DNA from: Moniliella sp. 'wahieum'
Taxonomy: Eukaryota
DNA: 64,000 nucleotides
Direction of reading: 5' to 3'
Assembly: GCA_003971905.1 (NCBI GenBank)
Contig: RSEE01000046.1
Location: 372,001 to 436,000, forward strand
Shown here: piece by piece, positions 24,680-35,951 of the stretch
Numbering within the stretch: position 1 is the first letter of the stretch
Layout of the letters: every line of letters begins with the position of its first letter
Program-made: the position numbers and the translations under genes
Notes under the pieces: generated by a model
What the model saw: the letters and a program-made list of their open reading frames with translations, nothing else
Database searches by the model: none
Told to the model about the DNA's origin: nothing

Positions 24680-26224
24680 TCACGACACAAGAATAAACAA
24701 CAGGAAAAAGATGATGAGGATCTGGGCAGAGGCGCAGGCCAAGAACGTCAGATCCAGCGTGGGTCAACCCGGTCAACCCGGTCAACGCGCAAAAGGGGCA
24801 AGAGGACGCACACCAAAGATTTTGAGCATCAGCGCACGGTTGGGCTAACGCTGGCATAGTACCTCAGCAGCTCGTTCTGCGCCCCCGTCACATTGTCCGA
24901 AATGTCAAACACATCCTCATCGATTCGCTGTACCGTCTCCCGCTGGGCAGCCACCATGTGAGCCACTGCCCAAACATTTGTCCCAACTCGGAAATGGTGC
25001 CTTCGATGTTCTCAATGGCTCGGGACCTTTGTTGTACATAATCATCCTAATACCGCATGTCAGTTGCCCGGCCAGCAGGGGACAGGGAAACGCAGGGTAG
25101 AATGGTAGAATGGGAAAGGGAGGGGGAAAGCGCACCTGCTGCTCCACAAGTTGCATTTGAGTAAACGAGTTTCCATGGTTGCCCATGTCGAGCGCGAGAT
25201 ACTCCCCGTCCGACGAGGAGTGTGCCTGGCCAGCCTCGTCGGACAAAGCGGCTGTGTTAGCCAGCTTACTGGGGGTAGAAGCACGGCTGACTGGGACACT
25301 AGAGGAACCTAGATCGTACCCGGGCAATTGCCGGTGAGCAGCGGCAGCTGCGGTGGCAGGTGGTCTTCGGTTGCGATACAATGGTGAGTCTGCAAGGGGT
25401 GGGGGGGGGGGGAGGAGGAGAAGTCGTGAGCGTGAGCGTGAGCAAAGCGTGGGCAAGAACAAGGCCAAAGAAGAGCTTACCGACGTTTCGGCCATTCCGG
25501 CCGCTGGTCTGGCGCCACCATACGCATACTGGCCCGTTCGGTCCCGGGAGGCTTTGATGTTTTGGGTGCGAGTCTCAAGGATGTCCTGAAAGTTGCTGGT
25601 GGCACCGGCGAGGCTCGACTGGAGCAAGTTCACCACGTTGCCCTGATGCTCGGCCACAGCACCCTTGGCGCCCTTGGGCTTACTCGTCTTGGATGCAAAT
25701 TGCTGCAGCCCAGAGATCTGGCTATTGATCGCCGCAAGGTCCGCCTTGATGACCTGGGTCAGCTGCGAAATCTCGACGGCGCGATCATCAAACAAGTTGC
25801 GGCGCTGGACCACTGGCCAAGGGGGAAGAACGAAAAGGGAGGGGGTCATCAGGAATCAGGATGCCAAAAAGCAAGCAGGGCAGGGTACGCACACTGTGCC
25901 AGGTTGCCCAGCTTCTCCGACGTGCGCGCCACGTCTTGGAAGATGAGCTGGGCACGTTGGGCAAACTCGCCCGTCGCTTGCCGGGCGCCGAGGCAGGGCG
26001 GGATGCCAGGGGGGAGGGGCTGGGATCGTCGAGGAGTGCATGGCGGGCCGAGCGGAGTGGGGTGGCAGACGAGGGGAGGGCTGGACGGAGGTGGAGGCAG
26101 ACGCAGCCGATGCGGCGGGAGCAGAGGTGGAGGAGCCACGGGCAGCGGCAAGAGCGGCGCGGAAGGCAGACGTGCGGTCGCGGACGCCGGCGCCAGAGCC
26201 AAAGTAGCGACGAGGGGCGCTCAT
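24680..26224 (-). CDS. SED5: cis-Golgi syntaxin Sed5 (Qa-SNARE)
   Basis: N-peptide VRDRTSAF, RRNLFDDRAVEISQLTQVIKADL, FQDILETRTQNIKASRDRT, SNARE motif AIENIEGTISELGQMF..MVAAQRETVQRID, TM ILIIFFLLFILVS*. Three introns, the last at 24722-24811. Confidence 0.95.
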
Positions 26225-26635
26225 GGCGGCAAGGAGGAGGGAGGGCACCGGGCGGCGGGGGGAGGAGGATGTGGGCGCACGAACCGAGGACGAGGGGGGC
26301 GGTTGTGGAGAGGCGAGGTGCGTGGCCATCCATCCAGCGTCCATGCGTGCGTGCTGCGTCCCACGCCATTCGCTGTCAGCCCATGGGGCGCTCGCCGCCT
26401 CGCTGAAAGCGGAAATGGCTGCCACGAGAGCGAGGCCAGTTTCAACTTGCCAAACAACGCATGTCCCAATTGAAATTGCAGCGCCGAACGCGCATGCACT
26501 GCCATCGCACCGCCGGTCGCAGCCACCCCGTCACGCAGCCACCCATCCGCCTTCCCGTCCACCGCACGCCCCGCCCCGTCCACCGCCCCGCCCACACTCA
26601 GCCCAGGCCGGCGCGACTGCCTCGTGCCCGCCACC

Positions 26636-27856
26636 ATGTCCTTCCAGTCGCTGCAGGCATCCAGCCGCCGCCCCGTGCTTCCTGTCCACCGCAGCCCCTC
26701 CGACCGCCCCCCACCCAGCCCGCCGACCAAGACAATGCCGACGAGCGCTTCCGCGCCCAGACCCACGCGCTCTCCATCCAGATCTTCAAGATCAACACCA
26801 ATGCACATGCCATCGAGAAGCTCGTCTCCCTCTCCCGTGATCCCCGAGGCAAGACCGACGTTGGCTGGGCACAAAAGATGCACGATCTCAACGAGGCCAC
26901 CCGCACCTTGGCCCACAACACCACCGACACACTTAAAGCGCTAGCCCAGGAGACTGCTGTCCCTGGCGACCAGCAGGCCGGCCGCCAGCTCGCGGCCAAC
27001 AAACTCCAACGCGATTTTGAAGCCGCCTTGGTTCGCTTCCAGGCTGCGCAGCGAGCTTCCGTCGCCCGAAATCGGGACGATCTCAAGGACGCCCAGGCTG
27101 CCCAAGCGGCTCAAGCATCCCACACTGCCGCACCCGGTATCGGGCCATCGCGCCTCTCTTCCAACCAAGTGTACGTTGCCCCTTTTATATTTTCGTTGTC
27201 TTTGAAAGAAGCATGAGCATGTTGACACTTTGCCCCCCCCCCCCCCCCCACCCACAATCTTCTCCAGAGCGCAAGAAGACGATGCAACTCCCTTGGTCGA
27301 CCTCGAGCCGTCTGGCTCGGAACCAGAACAAGTCCAAGCCCAGATCCGAAAAGCTGCCGGTCCATCCCAAGCCGAACTCGAGTTTCAAGAATCCTTGATT
27401 GCCGAGCGCGAAGCCGAGATTACCGAGATTGAGCAGGGCATTCATGAACTCAACGAGATCTTCCGCGACCTAGGCCACATTGTCCAAGAGCAAGGCGGCA
27501 TGATTGGTGCGTAACCCCTTTCTCACCGCCAGCGTCGGCCGTTGGTGCATCGGAGGTTGCATCGGAGGTTGCATCGGAGCTTTTTGCTGACCTACTCTGT
27601 TCCCCCCAGACAACATTGAGTACAACATTACCAATGTCGCCGTTCACGCCGGTGCGGCAGACAGGGAGCTGGTCCAGGCTCACGATTACCAGCGCAAAGC
27701 TGGCCGGCGGGCGTTTTGCTTGTTGATCATCGTTGGCGTGGTGATTGCGATCGTGCTAGGCAGTGTGTATTCCCCTTCCCCCCCACCACCCTCTTTCCCT
27801 CTTGCTTCGGGTACAATCAGACGGACTGACAATGCCTTTGATAGCTGCTCAACTAA
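26636..27856 (+). CDS. PEP12: Endosomal/vacuolar syntaxin (Pep12/Vam3/Stx7-like Qa-SNARE)
   Basis: LSIQIFKINTN, KLQRDFEAALVRFQAAQR, ELEFQESLIAEREAEITEIEQGIHELNEIFRDLGHIVQEQGGMI|DNIEYNI, YQRKAGRR, TM CLLIIVGVVIAIVL. Three introns. Confidence 0.9.
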
Positions 27857-28380
27857 TCTACAGAGAGCCTGGTGTGGAAGCCACTTGCTGTGTACCCTCA
27901 GGCTGAGGCCTCTCGGGTCTCAGGCCCAGCCGCGATGGTGTATTGCCTTTTTTATCGTTTTTCCCCTTTGTCTCCTGTACCCCGGTCATGCGGTGATGCA
28001 GTGATGAGAGGATCATTCTTTTGCCCATACCCATACGAATTTGTCCTTTCCCTTTCCACTCCCTGGTTACGGTAGGCGTCAAGTGGCAGGAAGCAAGGGA
28101 GGGGTCGAAGGATATCGGCACCCCAGTCCTAACAAGCGTAGAGTTCACAGCTTGTTCGATGCTCGATGGCTTCATTGATGATCATCGATCAACCGATCAA
28201 CGTTCAACGTTCAACGTTCAAACCTGTCACTAGGCCACTATCAGAACCCCATGACGTACTCGAGGCCGGCGCTTGTCATACATAGTGATGTCACATGTCA
28301 CCTGCCTCATGCTGCCCACTGAATATCGACGTTGACTTAACTCAGCTTGAAGCTTAGGCAGCGCTGTTACCACCACCTCC

Positions 28381-29819
28381 ATGTCGAACAAGTGGAGTTC
28401 CTTTGCCTACAGCTCGGATTCCGATAGTGGCTCCGACTCGGACACGGATGAGGACACCTCGGGCCTGCTGGGCTTGTTTGAGTACCTCCACCACCGCAGC
28501 ACCCAGCTCGACCAGCCCCACGCCTCCCCTGCATTCTCCAAGGTCGACCTACCCGCCCGCGCAAACGAGCTCAAGAACGCCGCACTGAGCCGGGTGCAGC
28601 ATGCCGAGCACGCCTCGCAATTGCACCACGATCAGAGCCAAAAGTTCCACGACGACCTCCAGCGCTTCCGGGACGATTTGGGAAAGCGGATTGACGTCCT
28701 GTCCGAGAGCTGGAACGATACGCGCAACGTGCGTTTCCGCGACAAGTGGTCGTTTGTTATGGGCGTCATGACCATCGTGTCATTTTCCATGGCCATCTTC
28801 GGTCGGCCTACCTGGGTGCCGCTGATGTACTCAGGCTGGCGGCTGTGTACCTTCCACTGCGATTTTACCAGTACGCGATCCAGCGTCCATGGGGGTACTT
28901 TTTGCTAGACTATTGTTATGCGTCGAATTTGCTTGCGCTTGCCTACCTCTGGCTCGCGCCCGACTCCAAGTTCCTCTGGACCGTGTCGTACTGCTCCGCC
29001 CACGGTCCTCTGCCGTTTCGGTGGCCGCATGGCGCAACAGCCTCGTCCTGCACAACATTGATAAGATGACCAGCGTGTTTATCCACATGACCCCGCCCGT
29101 TGTCTTCCACACCATCCACTTTTTACTTTCCGACCAAGAACGGAGCGAATCGTACCCGGCCGCCGCACGGATCGCCTCCCTGGACCTGGGCACCTCGATC
29201 GGTTTTTGCTTTGTTGTCTATGCACTGTGGCAAGCTGGGTACTACTACTTTATCTCCTACCGTAAGCGGGAGAAGATCCGCTCCGGCAAACGCATCAACT
29301 CGTTTTCGACAATGAGCTCTGGCAAGGGAGCGATTAGCCATCTCATCTCGTCGGTGCCAACCAAATGGCGCGAACCTTTTTTCATGTGTACGGTGCCTCT
29401 CCTCCGCTTTCGTTTTGTTGTTTTTTTTGTTAGGTTTCCTGTGTGGTACGAGAAGCTGACGGCGCTGACCCTTCCCCCCCCCCTCCCCCCTCGCTGCCAC
29501 TTGCGTTGAGTCAAGTGTTGCAATTTGCGTATACGTTCCTCTCCATTCTCCCGGCTCCGCTCGTGTTTACCAGCACCAGCACATTGCCACTGGGTTTTTG
29601 GTGACGATCTTTGTGATTGCGACGTACAATGGTGGCAGCTTTTACATTGAAGTGTTTGGTCGTCAATTTGAAAAGCAACTGATTGCGCTCCAAAAGCAGA
29701 TCCGACACTCGCACGCCTCCACCCCCAGCACCGAGCAGCCAGACGCAGGCCAGACTACCGCCAGTGAACCGGTCACCAAGTCGAGTGGGGCCCACGATGG
29801 CCAGGTGCGTCAACGCTAA
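28381..29819 (+). CDS. GPC1: Glycerophosphocholine acyltransferase (DUF2838)
   Basis: FRDKWSFVMGV, LPLRFYQY, WGYFLLDYCY, HGPL..AAWRNSLVLHNIDKMTSVFIH, WQAGYYYFI, YNGGSFYIEVFGRQFEKQL. One intron near 29388-29509. Confidence 0.88.
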
Positions 29820-29860
29820 CCATTCCCACCCCCTCTTTTGGTCCACTTGTTCCGGCCATC

Positions 29861-29895
29861 AAGCTTCAAGCTTCAAGCTTCAAGCTTCAAGCTTC
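29861..29895. repeat. Perfect (AAGCTTC)5 heptamer array
   Basis: Five exact tandem copies about 40 bp after the GPC1 stop codon. Confidence 0.95.
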
Positions 29896-30994
29896 AATCT
29901 CAATTCGAATCCAATGTCCAGTTGGCCCGGCAGTGGCGTATGCCTTGGTTGGAAGGTCCCGGTTACCGGTTACCATGCTTGGGATATGTGCTCGTCGCGT
30001 ACCTGGTTGTCCTCTCCTTTCGGGGGTGACTAGTGATGTATGATGTCCAATGCAGCAATGTAGCAAGGAGAGCAGGGCCAGACTCAAATACGCCAAGCAC
30101 AGCAGCTACTTAAGAAGGTCATTATGATGTGGATACCATACCACTGCCCCCATTTCGTAGCTCATCGACCTTGGACTTGAACGTGAGGCTCAAGCTTGAG
30201 CTTAAGACTCAAGTCCTCAAGCGCTCGAGCTTGAGCTCAAGACTCACGTCCTCAAGCGCTCAAGCTCAAGGGCTGAGGCGGATCCGTGACCTCCAAGAAG
30301 AAGATGGTGGAAATGGAATCTGAAGCCAGCACGGTTTATGATTGGTTGGGCGGAGTCGAGTAAGGTTGGGAAAGGCCAATGTCCAGAGGCGGGGCGGGTT
30401 GTTGGGACACTAGTGCGGTGTGCCAAAGGCATAACCGGACTCTGGCGCTCCCAGCCACTTCAATCCAGCGGCTAGCTCCGCTAGTTCCGCTCGGGCGGAA
30501 GTGTGGCTGGCTGACTGGCCTCCTTCTAAAAGCCCTGGCAGTCGTGGCTCTTAGTCTTCTCTCTTCCACTCCCTCCTCCTCCTCCCTCTCCGCTACTCTC
30601 TACTATCGCTCACCAGCAATAAATCCTTATCGTCTATTGACCCCAGTTCTTGATTGCTGTCTCGCTTAGCATCGGGATCCGGTCACATCAGGGGCCAGGG
30701 GGGAGCGGTACTCCCAAATTCGCCCGCGCAAGGCCAGCAACCCTACTCGCGCATATCTCCGGCTACGGCCTCACCGGATCTCGACCGACCTCACCGCGTC
30801 ACGTCACCGCGTCACAGCGTCACCGCCCGTGCGCCTCAGTTGAGGTGTTCAACTTGAACGTTCAGTTGCCGTCAGCGGCTAATCCCAGGCTACGCTCAGC
30901 CGCTCAGAGCAGCTTCCCAAGCGCACCTTGCATTCGGACTTGAAGCTTGACGGCCTCTCCCTTCTCACCTCCATCATCCTAGCCACCTCTGATC

Positions 30995-31376
30995 ATGGTC
31001 TTTGTCCACATCGTACTCCTCAAGGTCAAGTCCAGCATTACGGCCGAGGCAACGGCTTTTGGTCAGTTGACCTCCCAACTCGCCACTCTCCATGAGCTTG
31101 CGGTTGTCAAGCAGCTGGCTCAGTCGGTCAAGTGGTCCGAGCCCGAGTTTCCTGAGCGCGCCCAGGGCTACAACTTTGGCCTGTACATCACCTTTGCGTC
31201 CAAGGAAGAGTACACCTATGCCAATGACCCTGAGCACAAGGAGTTTTCCCGCACCAAGATCCTGCCCAACGTTGATGGTATGTGTTTGGTCACCCCTGGA
31301 CCCCCCACCTGCTGGCTGGTGCAGTTTGCTGACTTGTACGTGGATAGGCATCCTCGCCTGGGATCTGGAGGTCTAA
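30995..31376 (+). CDS. Stress-responsive A/B barrel (Dabb) domain protein
   Basis: MVFVHIVLLKVK...ERAQGYNFGLYITFASKEE..YANDPEHKEF...ILPNVD|GILAWDLEV*. Intron at about 31278-31347. Confidence 0.85.
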
Positions 31377-31509
31377 GTCTCTGTCTTCTTTGCCATCCCA
31401 TCTCACCCTATTCAATCCAATCCAATCCAGTCTGCATGCCAGATCAGAGCGCACGCTTGCAAGCCAATAGCCAAATCTATCACTACATAGCAAAAGCGAC
31501 GAGACTGGC

Positions 31510-32193
31510 CTAGACGCTGCTAGGAGTCGGTGCCGGTACAGGTGGTTCGGGCAGTGGTGGGGGCACTTGCGCCTTCTGAGACGAAGCGACCGACTGGCGC
31601 TTCTCGAGTGCCTCCTCGACCCAGTTGTACACCAGGCCCGCGCCGCCGCCCATGCCCAAACCGCCCAGGGCCCCGTGATGATCCCCACCCGTTTGACTGG
31701 GCAGTAGGTAGGGTGCGGGAAGTCAGTAAGCATGCGTGCCAGACGGAAAGGGGAACAACGGGGGTGCAGATGTAGACGTAGACGGAGACGGAGACGGAGA
31801 CGTACGGAAGATGGCAGGGATGGCCAAGGCGCCAACCACGCCGCCAATGACAAAGTAGTCTTCTGCCTTGATGGAGGCCGCATTGTGACGCAGGGCGGTG
31901 GCCTGGGCAAAGGTAGCCTGGTCGCTGGCGGTGGAGCAGGTCTGGGCAGCATATGCACCAGCCACCAGACTGCCGGTCAGCGGCACGACCCAATTGGCAC
32001 GCATCAGCGCGCGCAAGCTGAAACGGTGGGTGCGCCAGGCATAGATCAGATAGGCTGGCGACGCCGCCAGGGATGCGTACTGCGCGCCGTGCAGAGCCGA
32101 CTTGCCCACGACAAACTGGCGGTGAACGCCCTTGCCGATGGAAGCCTGCACCTGCGTGGGGGACTCGGGGGCGGCGGAGGAGGGCAAGGACAT
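31510..32193 (-). CDS. Small conserved fungal membrane protein (possibly mitochondrial)
   Basis: Hydrophobic Gly/Ala-rich helices (GAQYASLAASPAYLIY, EDYFVIGGVVGALAIPAIF|VKRVGIITG..GGLGMGGGAGL). One intron. No named family recognised. Confidence 0.7.
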
Positions 32194-32722
32194 GGGGGTG
32201 GGAGGATGGACGGTGAGGGCTCTGGGCGGGGACACGCGGGCGGGGCTGGTCAGTGCCAGGCAGGACCAGCGCTGGTATGCATTTGACGCTCGCGATCATA
32301 CACAGCACGCTGCCCAGGGCTGCCGTAATCGATACTCGCCAGACGCACTCCCCAGATCGCCACATGTTGAAAGATACCGCAGTGTTAGCATCACATCACA
32401 TCACATTGCCTTCAGCATTGCGCTTGCATGCTGACAGGGGCAAGAAGCGCGCATCAGATCGTGAACATTTCAGACTGCAACCGGTGGGGCTCAGCCGTGA
32501 CGCCCTCCTCCTGCCCTTGGGTTGGGCCGGCGGGGCCTGCGGGCATCGACGGCGACGACGACGACGACCGCGCCGACCCCAACAACAACAGCATCGCGCA
32601 CGGGGCTGGGTTGCCCACCCCCACCACCCCACCACCCCACCGCCTGGCCATCAGGCCTCCTCTTGCCGCTGCTGCCGGAAGCAGCCGCGTGTCTGTTTCC
32701 CTTGGGCGCGCTTGTCCCCGCC

Positions 32723-34503
32723 ATGCTCCCGCGGGCAGCTCGGCTGCCCTGGCGGCCGCAAGCCGCTGCGCTCACACTCGCCCCCCCGCCTCGCGCTCTC
32801 CCTCTGCGCCGGTGGGTACCCCCACGTGCACCACCGTCCTTCGCTGCGCACATCTCTCTCTCTGCCCGCTTGGCAGTGCCCATCGTTTCTCCCAGCCCTG
32901 CGTCTCTCGCTGCGTCTCCCATCCGCTCTCTCCACACCCTTCCGCCGCTCCGCAATGCGTCCCGCAAACCACCCGAGGAGGAGGCCATCCACGATGTCTC
33001 TTCCACCGCCGCCGCCTTGGCCTACGGCTCGCTCCGCAAGCGCGGCACGATCCGCAACTTGCGCCTCCAACCCCAGCCCAAGCAGGACAACAAGGACTCC
33101 ACCACCGATGATGCTTGGACCCGCGAAGCGCTCGCCCAACGACAAGGCTCTCCCTCCCCCTCACCTACTGCCACCGCAATTGGCGCAACAACTGCCGCAA
33201 CAGCGAGTGACGATCCCCCATCTACCTCCGCTTCTACTGCTTCCTCTCCCGCTTCCTCTCCCGCTTCCTCTCCCGCTTCCCTCCCGCTTCCTCTCCCGCT
33301 TCCTCTCCCGCTTCCTCTCCCGCTTCCTCTCCCTCTTCCTCTCCCGCTTCCTCTTCTGCTTCTCCACCCGCTCCATCCGAGGCGCCCACCGAATCGTCTC
33401 CGCCTCAACCTCCGCCCGAGCGGGCAGAGGACCTGCTGAAGCTGCGTTCCCTCGAACAGGCTGACAAGAGCTCGCCTCGATCCTCCTCGTCCACCCCCGC
33501 TTCTGAATCGTCCGAGCCAGATATGATCATCGATCTTCCCGCGCCCTCTAAGAAAGCCGAGGGGGCGTCGACTTCGTCGTCGAGCGCCGACGAGGGGGCG
33601 GGTACGGCTGCCACGCCTGCCGCGGTGCCCACCACGCCGGGCATGGGATGGGCCGAGTACCTGCGCGAGCCGCACCAGAGGCTCAACCCGATCCTCCACT
33701 TGATCGACACGCGTGCCTTTGCCCAGCGGTTGGAGCAAGTGGGCTGGGATGCGGCTGGGATGGAGGAGGCAGAGCAAGCTAAGGTAGCCACCATTCTTGC
33801 TGAGGCAGTGGAAGAGATGCTGGTGGCTCGACTGAACGAGGCGCGCGAAGGACATATGAGCTTGGTGGACGTGGAGTACCAGTCGTACGTATTTCGTTTG
33901 TCGCTCAACGAGGTCAAGACCGAGTTGGAGGTGCGTGCGCGGAACGATGGTGCGTCGTTGCGCAGCATGACGCAAGTGCTGCAACGGGAGGTGGACCGGT
34001 TATCGCAAAAGGCGCGCGAAGACGTGGACAATATGCGGCATGTGATCCAAGTGGCCATGAACGAGGCCAAGACCGAGGTCAAGGGGCAGCAGAACGATCA
34101 AGAACAAGCGGTCCAGGACCTGAAGCATAAATTGACCATCGTCGTCAGCACGCTCAAGACTGGATTGGAACATAGTCTCAAGTGGGACTTATCCCGGCGC
34201 GCATTTTTGCTCTTGTTTGGCCAGATCTGCTTCTTCTTTACCCTGTTCAAACTCTCGGCCCTTTTCGAAAAAGGACAAGAAAACTTCCCCCCAACCTGGC
34301 TCGCCGTCCGTCCAGGGCACCTCCTTGGCCAGCGCGGCCACGCGACCCCAAAGTGCCGAGGACATTGGACTGGTGCCCCACTACGACAGCCAGGGGGTAT
34401 TGAGCAACGCGTGAATGAGATTGGACTTGAATACTTGAAGCCCGAGACGGCTGGGGCAGCTAGGAAAGAGATGATTCCTGGTAGACCAACGCAAGAGGTA
34501 TAG
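32723..34503 (+). CDS. DUF1640 (CCDC90/MCUR1/Fmp32-like) mitochondrial coiled-coil protein
   Basis: Arg/Pro-rich presequence, head motif HLIDTRAFAQRLEQVG, long coiled coil, LKWDLSRR followed by a hydrophobic C-terminal segment. Confidence 0.75.
33238..33355. repeat. 12-bp (GCTTCCTCTCCC)n coding minisatellite
   Basis: About 9-10 tandem copies, encoding (ASSP)n in the probable frame. Confidence 0.92.
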
Positions 34504-35951
34504 CAAAGAATACAAGCCCATTGGATCTTACATGCTACAGAGCGCTTGGCGGGTCTTGCAAGACTCAGCGGGGAGGGTCAAGGGGGTAGGTAGGCAAAGG
34601 AGAGAACAAAGAGAACAAAAAAGTAAAAAGTAGCTGTGCCTCTTAGCCGAATCGAACGACTGATCTTCGCATTACAAGTGCGATGCTGTACCACTGAGCC
34701 AAAGAGGCTTGCGTTCGCTCCACAAATGTATGCCAAGTGTATGTGTTCACAAGCTGCTGTGGTTTAAGAGTTGCTCTTCTGCACTGCTCCCAATCCCAAG
34801 TGTTGCAAATTCGCCGCTCGCAAGGATGAGGCATTGAGTGGCTTCAATCTCAGCTGAGATGTCAGGGCGCGCATCAACGCTCAACGTCGTCCATATCATC
34901 TCACGCAATCGCTGGCAACGTGGCAACAACTGGGCTGGCTGGTCTCTCTGGGGAAATCCACAGAGGTGAAGTACTATACAAAAACGTGAATCGCAAGGAT
35001 CGATGATCGGCGTCCAATGGTCAACATAGTTCAACATTCAACGTCCTTGCTGTGCCTAGAGCCCAGTCGGACCGTCCGGAGAGGTTTCAGCCAGCGGGGG
35101 TTCTCTCTTTGTGTCTTTCGTCCTTGCCCCGAGAGCAGCTGGGCAGTCCTACTGGGGTCTAGGACTCCAAATTGGTCACGTGGGCCCAAACGACACAATG
35201 GGGTCCATGCAGATGGGGGAGGAGGCTGCTGGTTGCCACTGGAGGACTGGGCTGCGTTTGCTGTGGCTCTCACAGTTGCGAGCGTTGGACGGCGGGGGCT
35301 CGCTCGCTTCAAGCTTCAAGCTTAAGCTTAAGAGCAAGCCGTTCATGTTTGGCTACACCCTCGCCGAGACAAGACAACGCGCCAGGACGACCGCAACACC
35401 GAGAGTATAGCACAAGCACAGCAGCAGTGCAACTGGAATATGCTCCCCCTCTTCTTTTCGACGCCATAGGGTGCAAGATAGGTGCCGCGGACGCCAGACT
35501 GTAGGAGTGCTCGTTCGGCCGTCATCGATGAGTTCCAAGGGTGGCAGCCGCCGCAGTAAGCGGTGGCGCACGGCACATTGCCACCTCGATCCAAGGGCAC
35601 CCTTACCAACGAGGAGCAATGGGGGCGGCAGGTGCTCCTCGATAAGGAGAGGCGCATCACGTGGCGCGGGGGGAGGCAATGCTCGGAGGGTGCGAGAGTC
35701 GAGACGCGAAGAGGAGGGTGTGGGGCAGAAGGGCCGTCGTGGCTGTTGTGCTGATATATATCCACGGTCTGTTGGCTTCACCTAGCATCGCCAACACGTA
35801 GCAACAAACGTTACACCTTCCTCACTTACTCCACTTCCCCGCCTCTTCCCCTCCCCTATCGGCCATCGCTACAGGTGGTATTTTGTACTGTCTGCGCCCA
35901 CACGTTTCCCGCTTTGTCCCTTGCTGCGTTCCGCTGCCACTTTCGTCACCA

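Noticed and set aside
29861..30270. CRISPR array or cloning-linker (HindIII) artefact
   Set aside because: There are no unique spacers, the context is eukaryotic, and degenerate copies of the same word occur at many intergenic loci.
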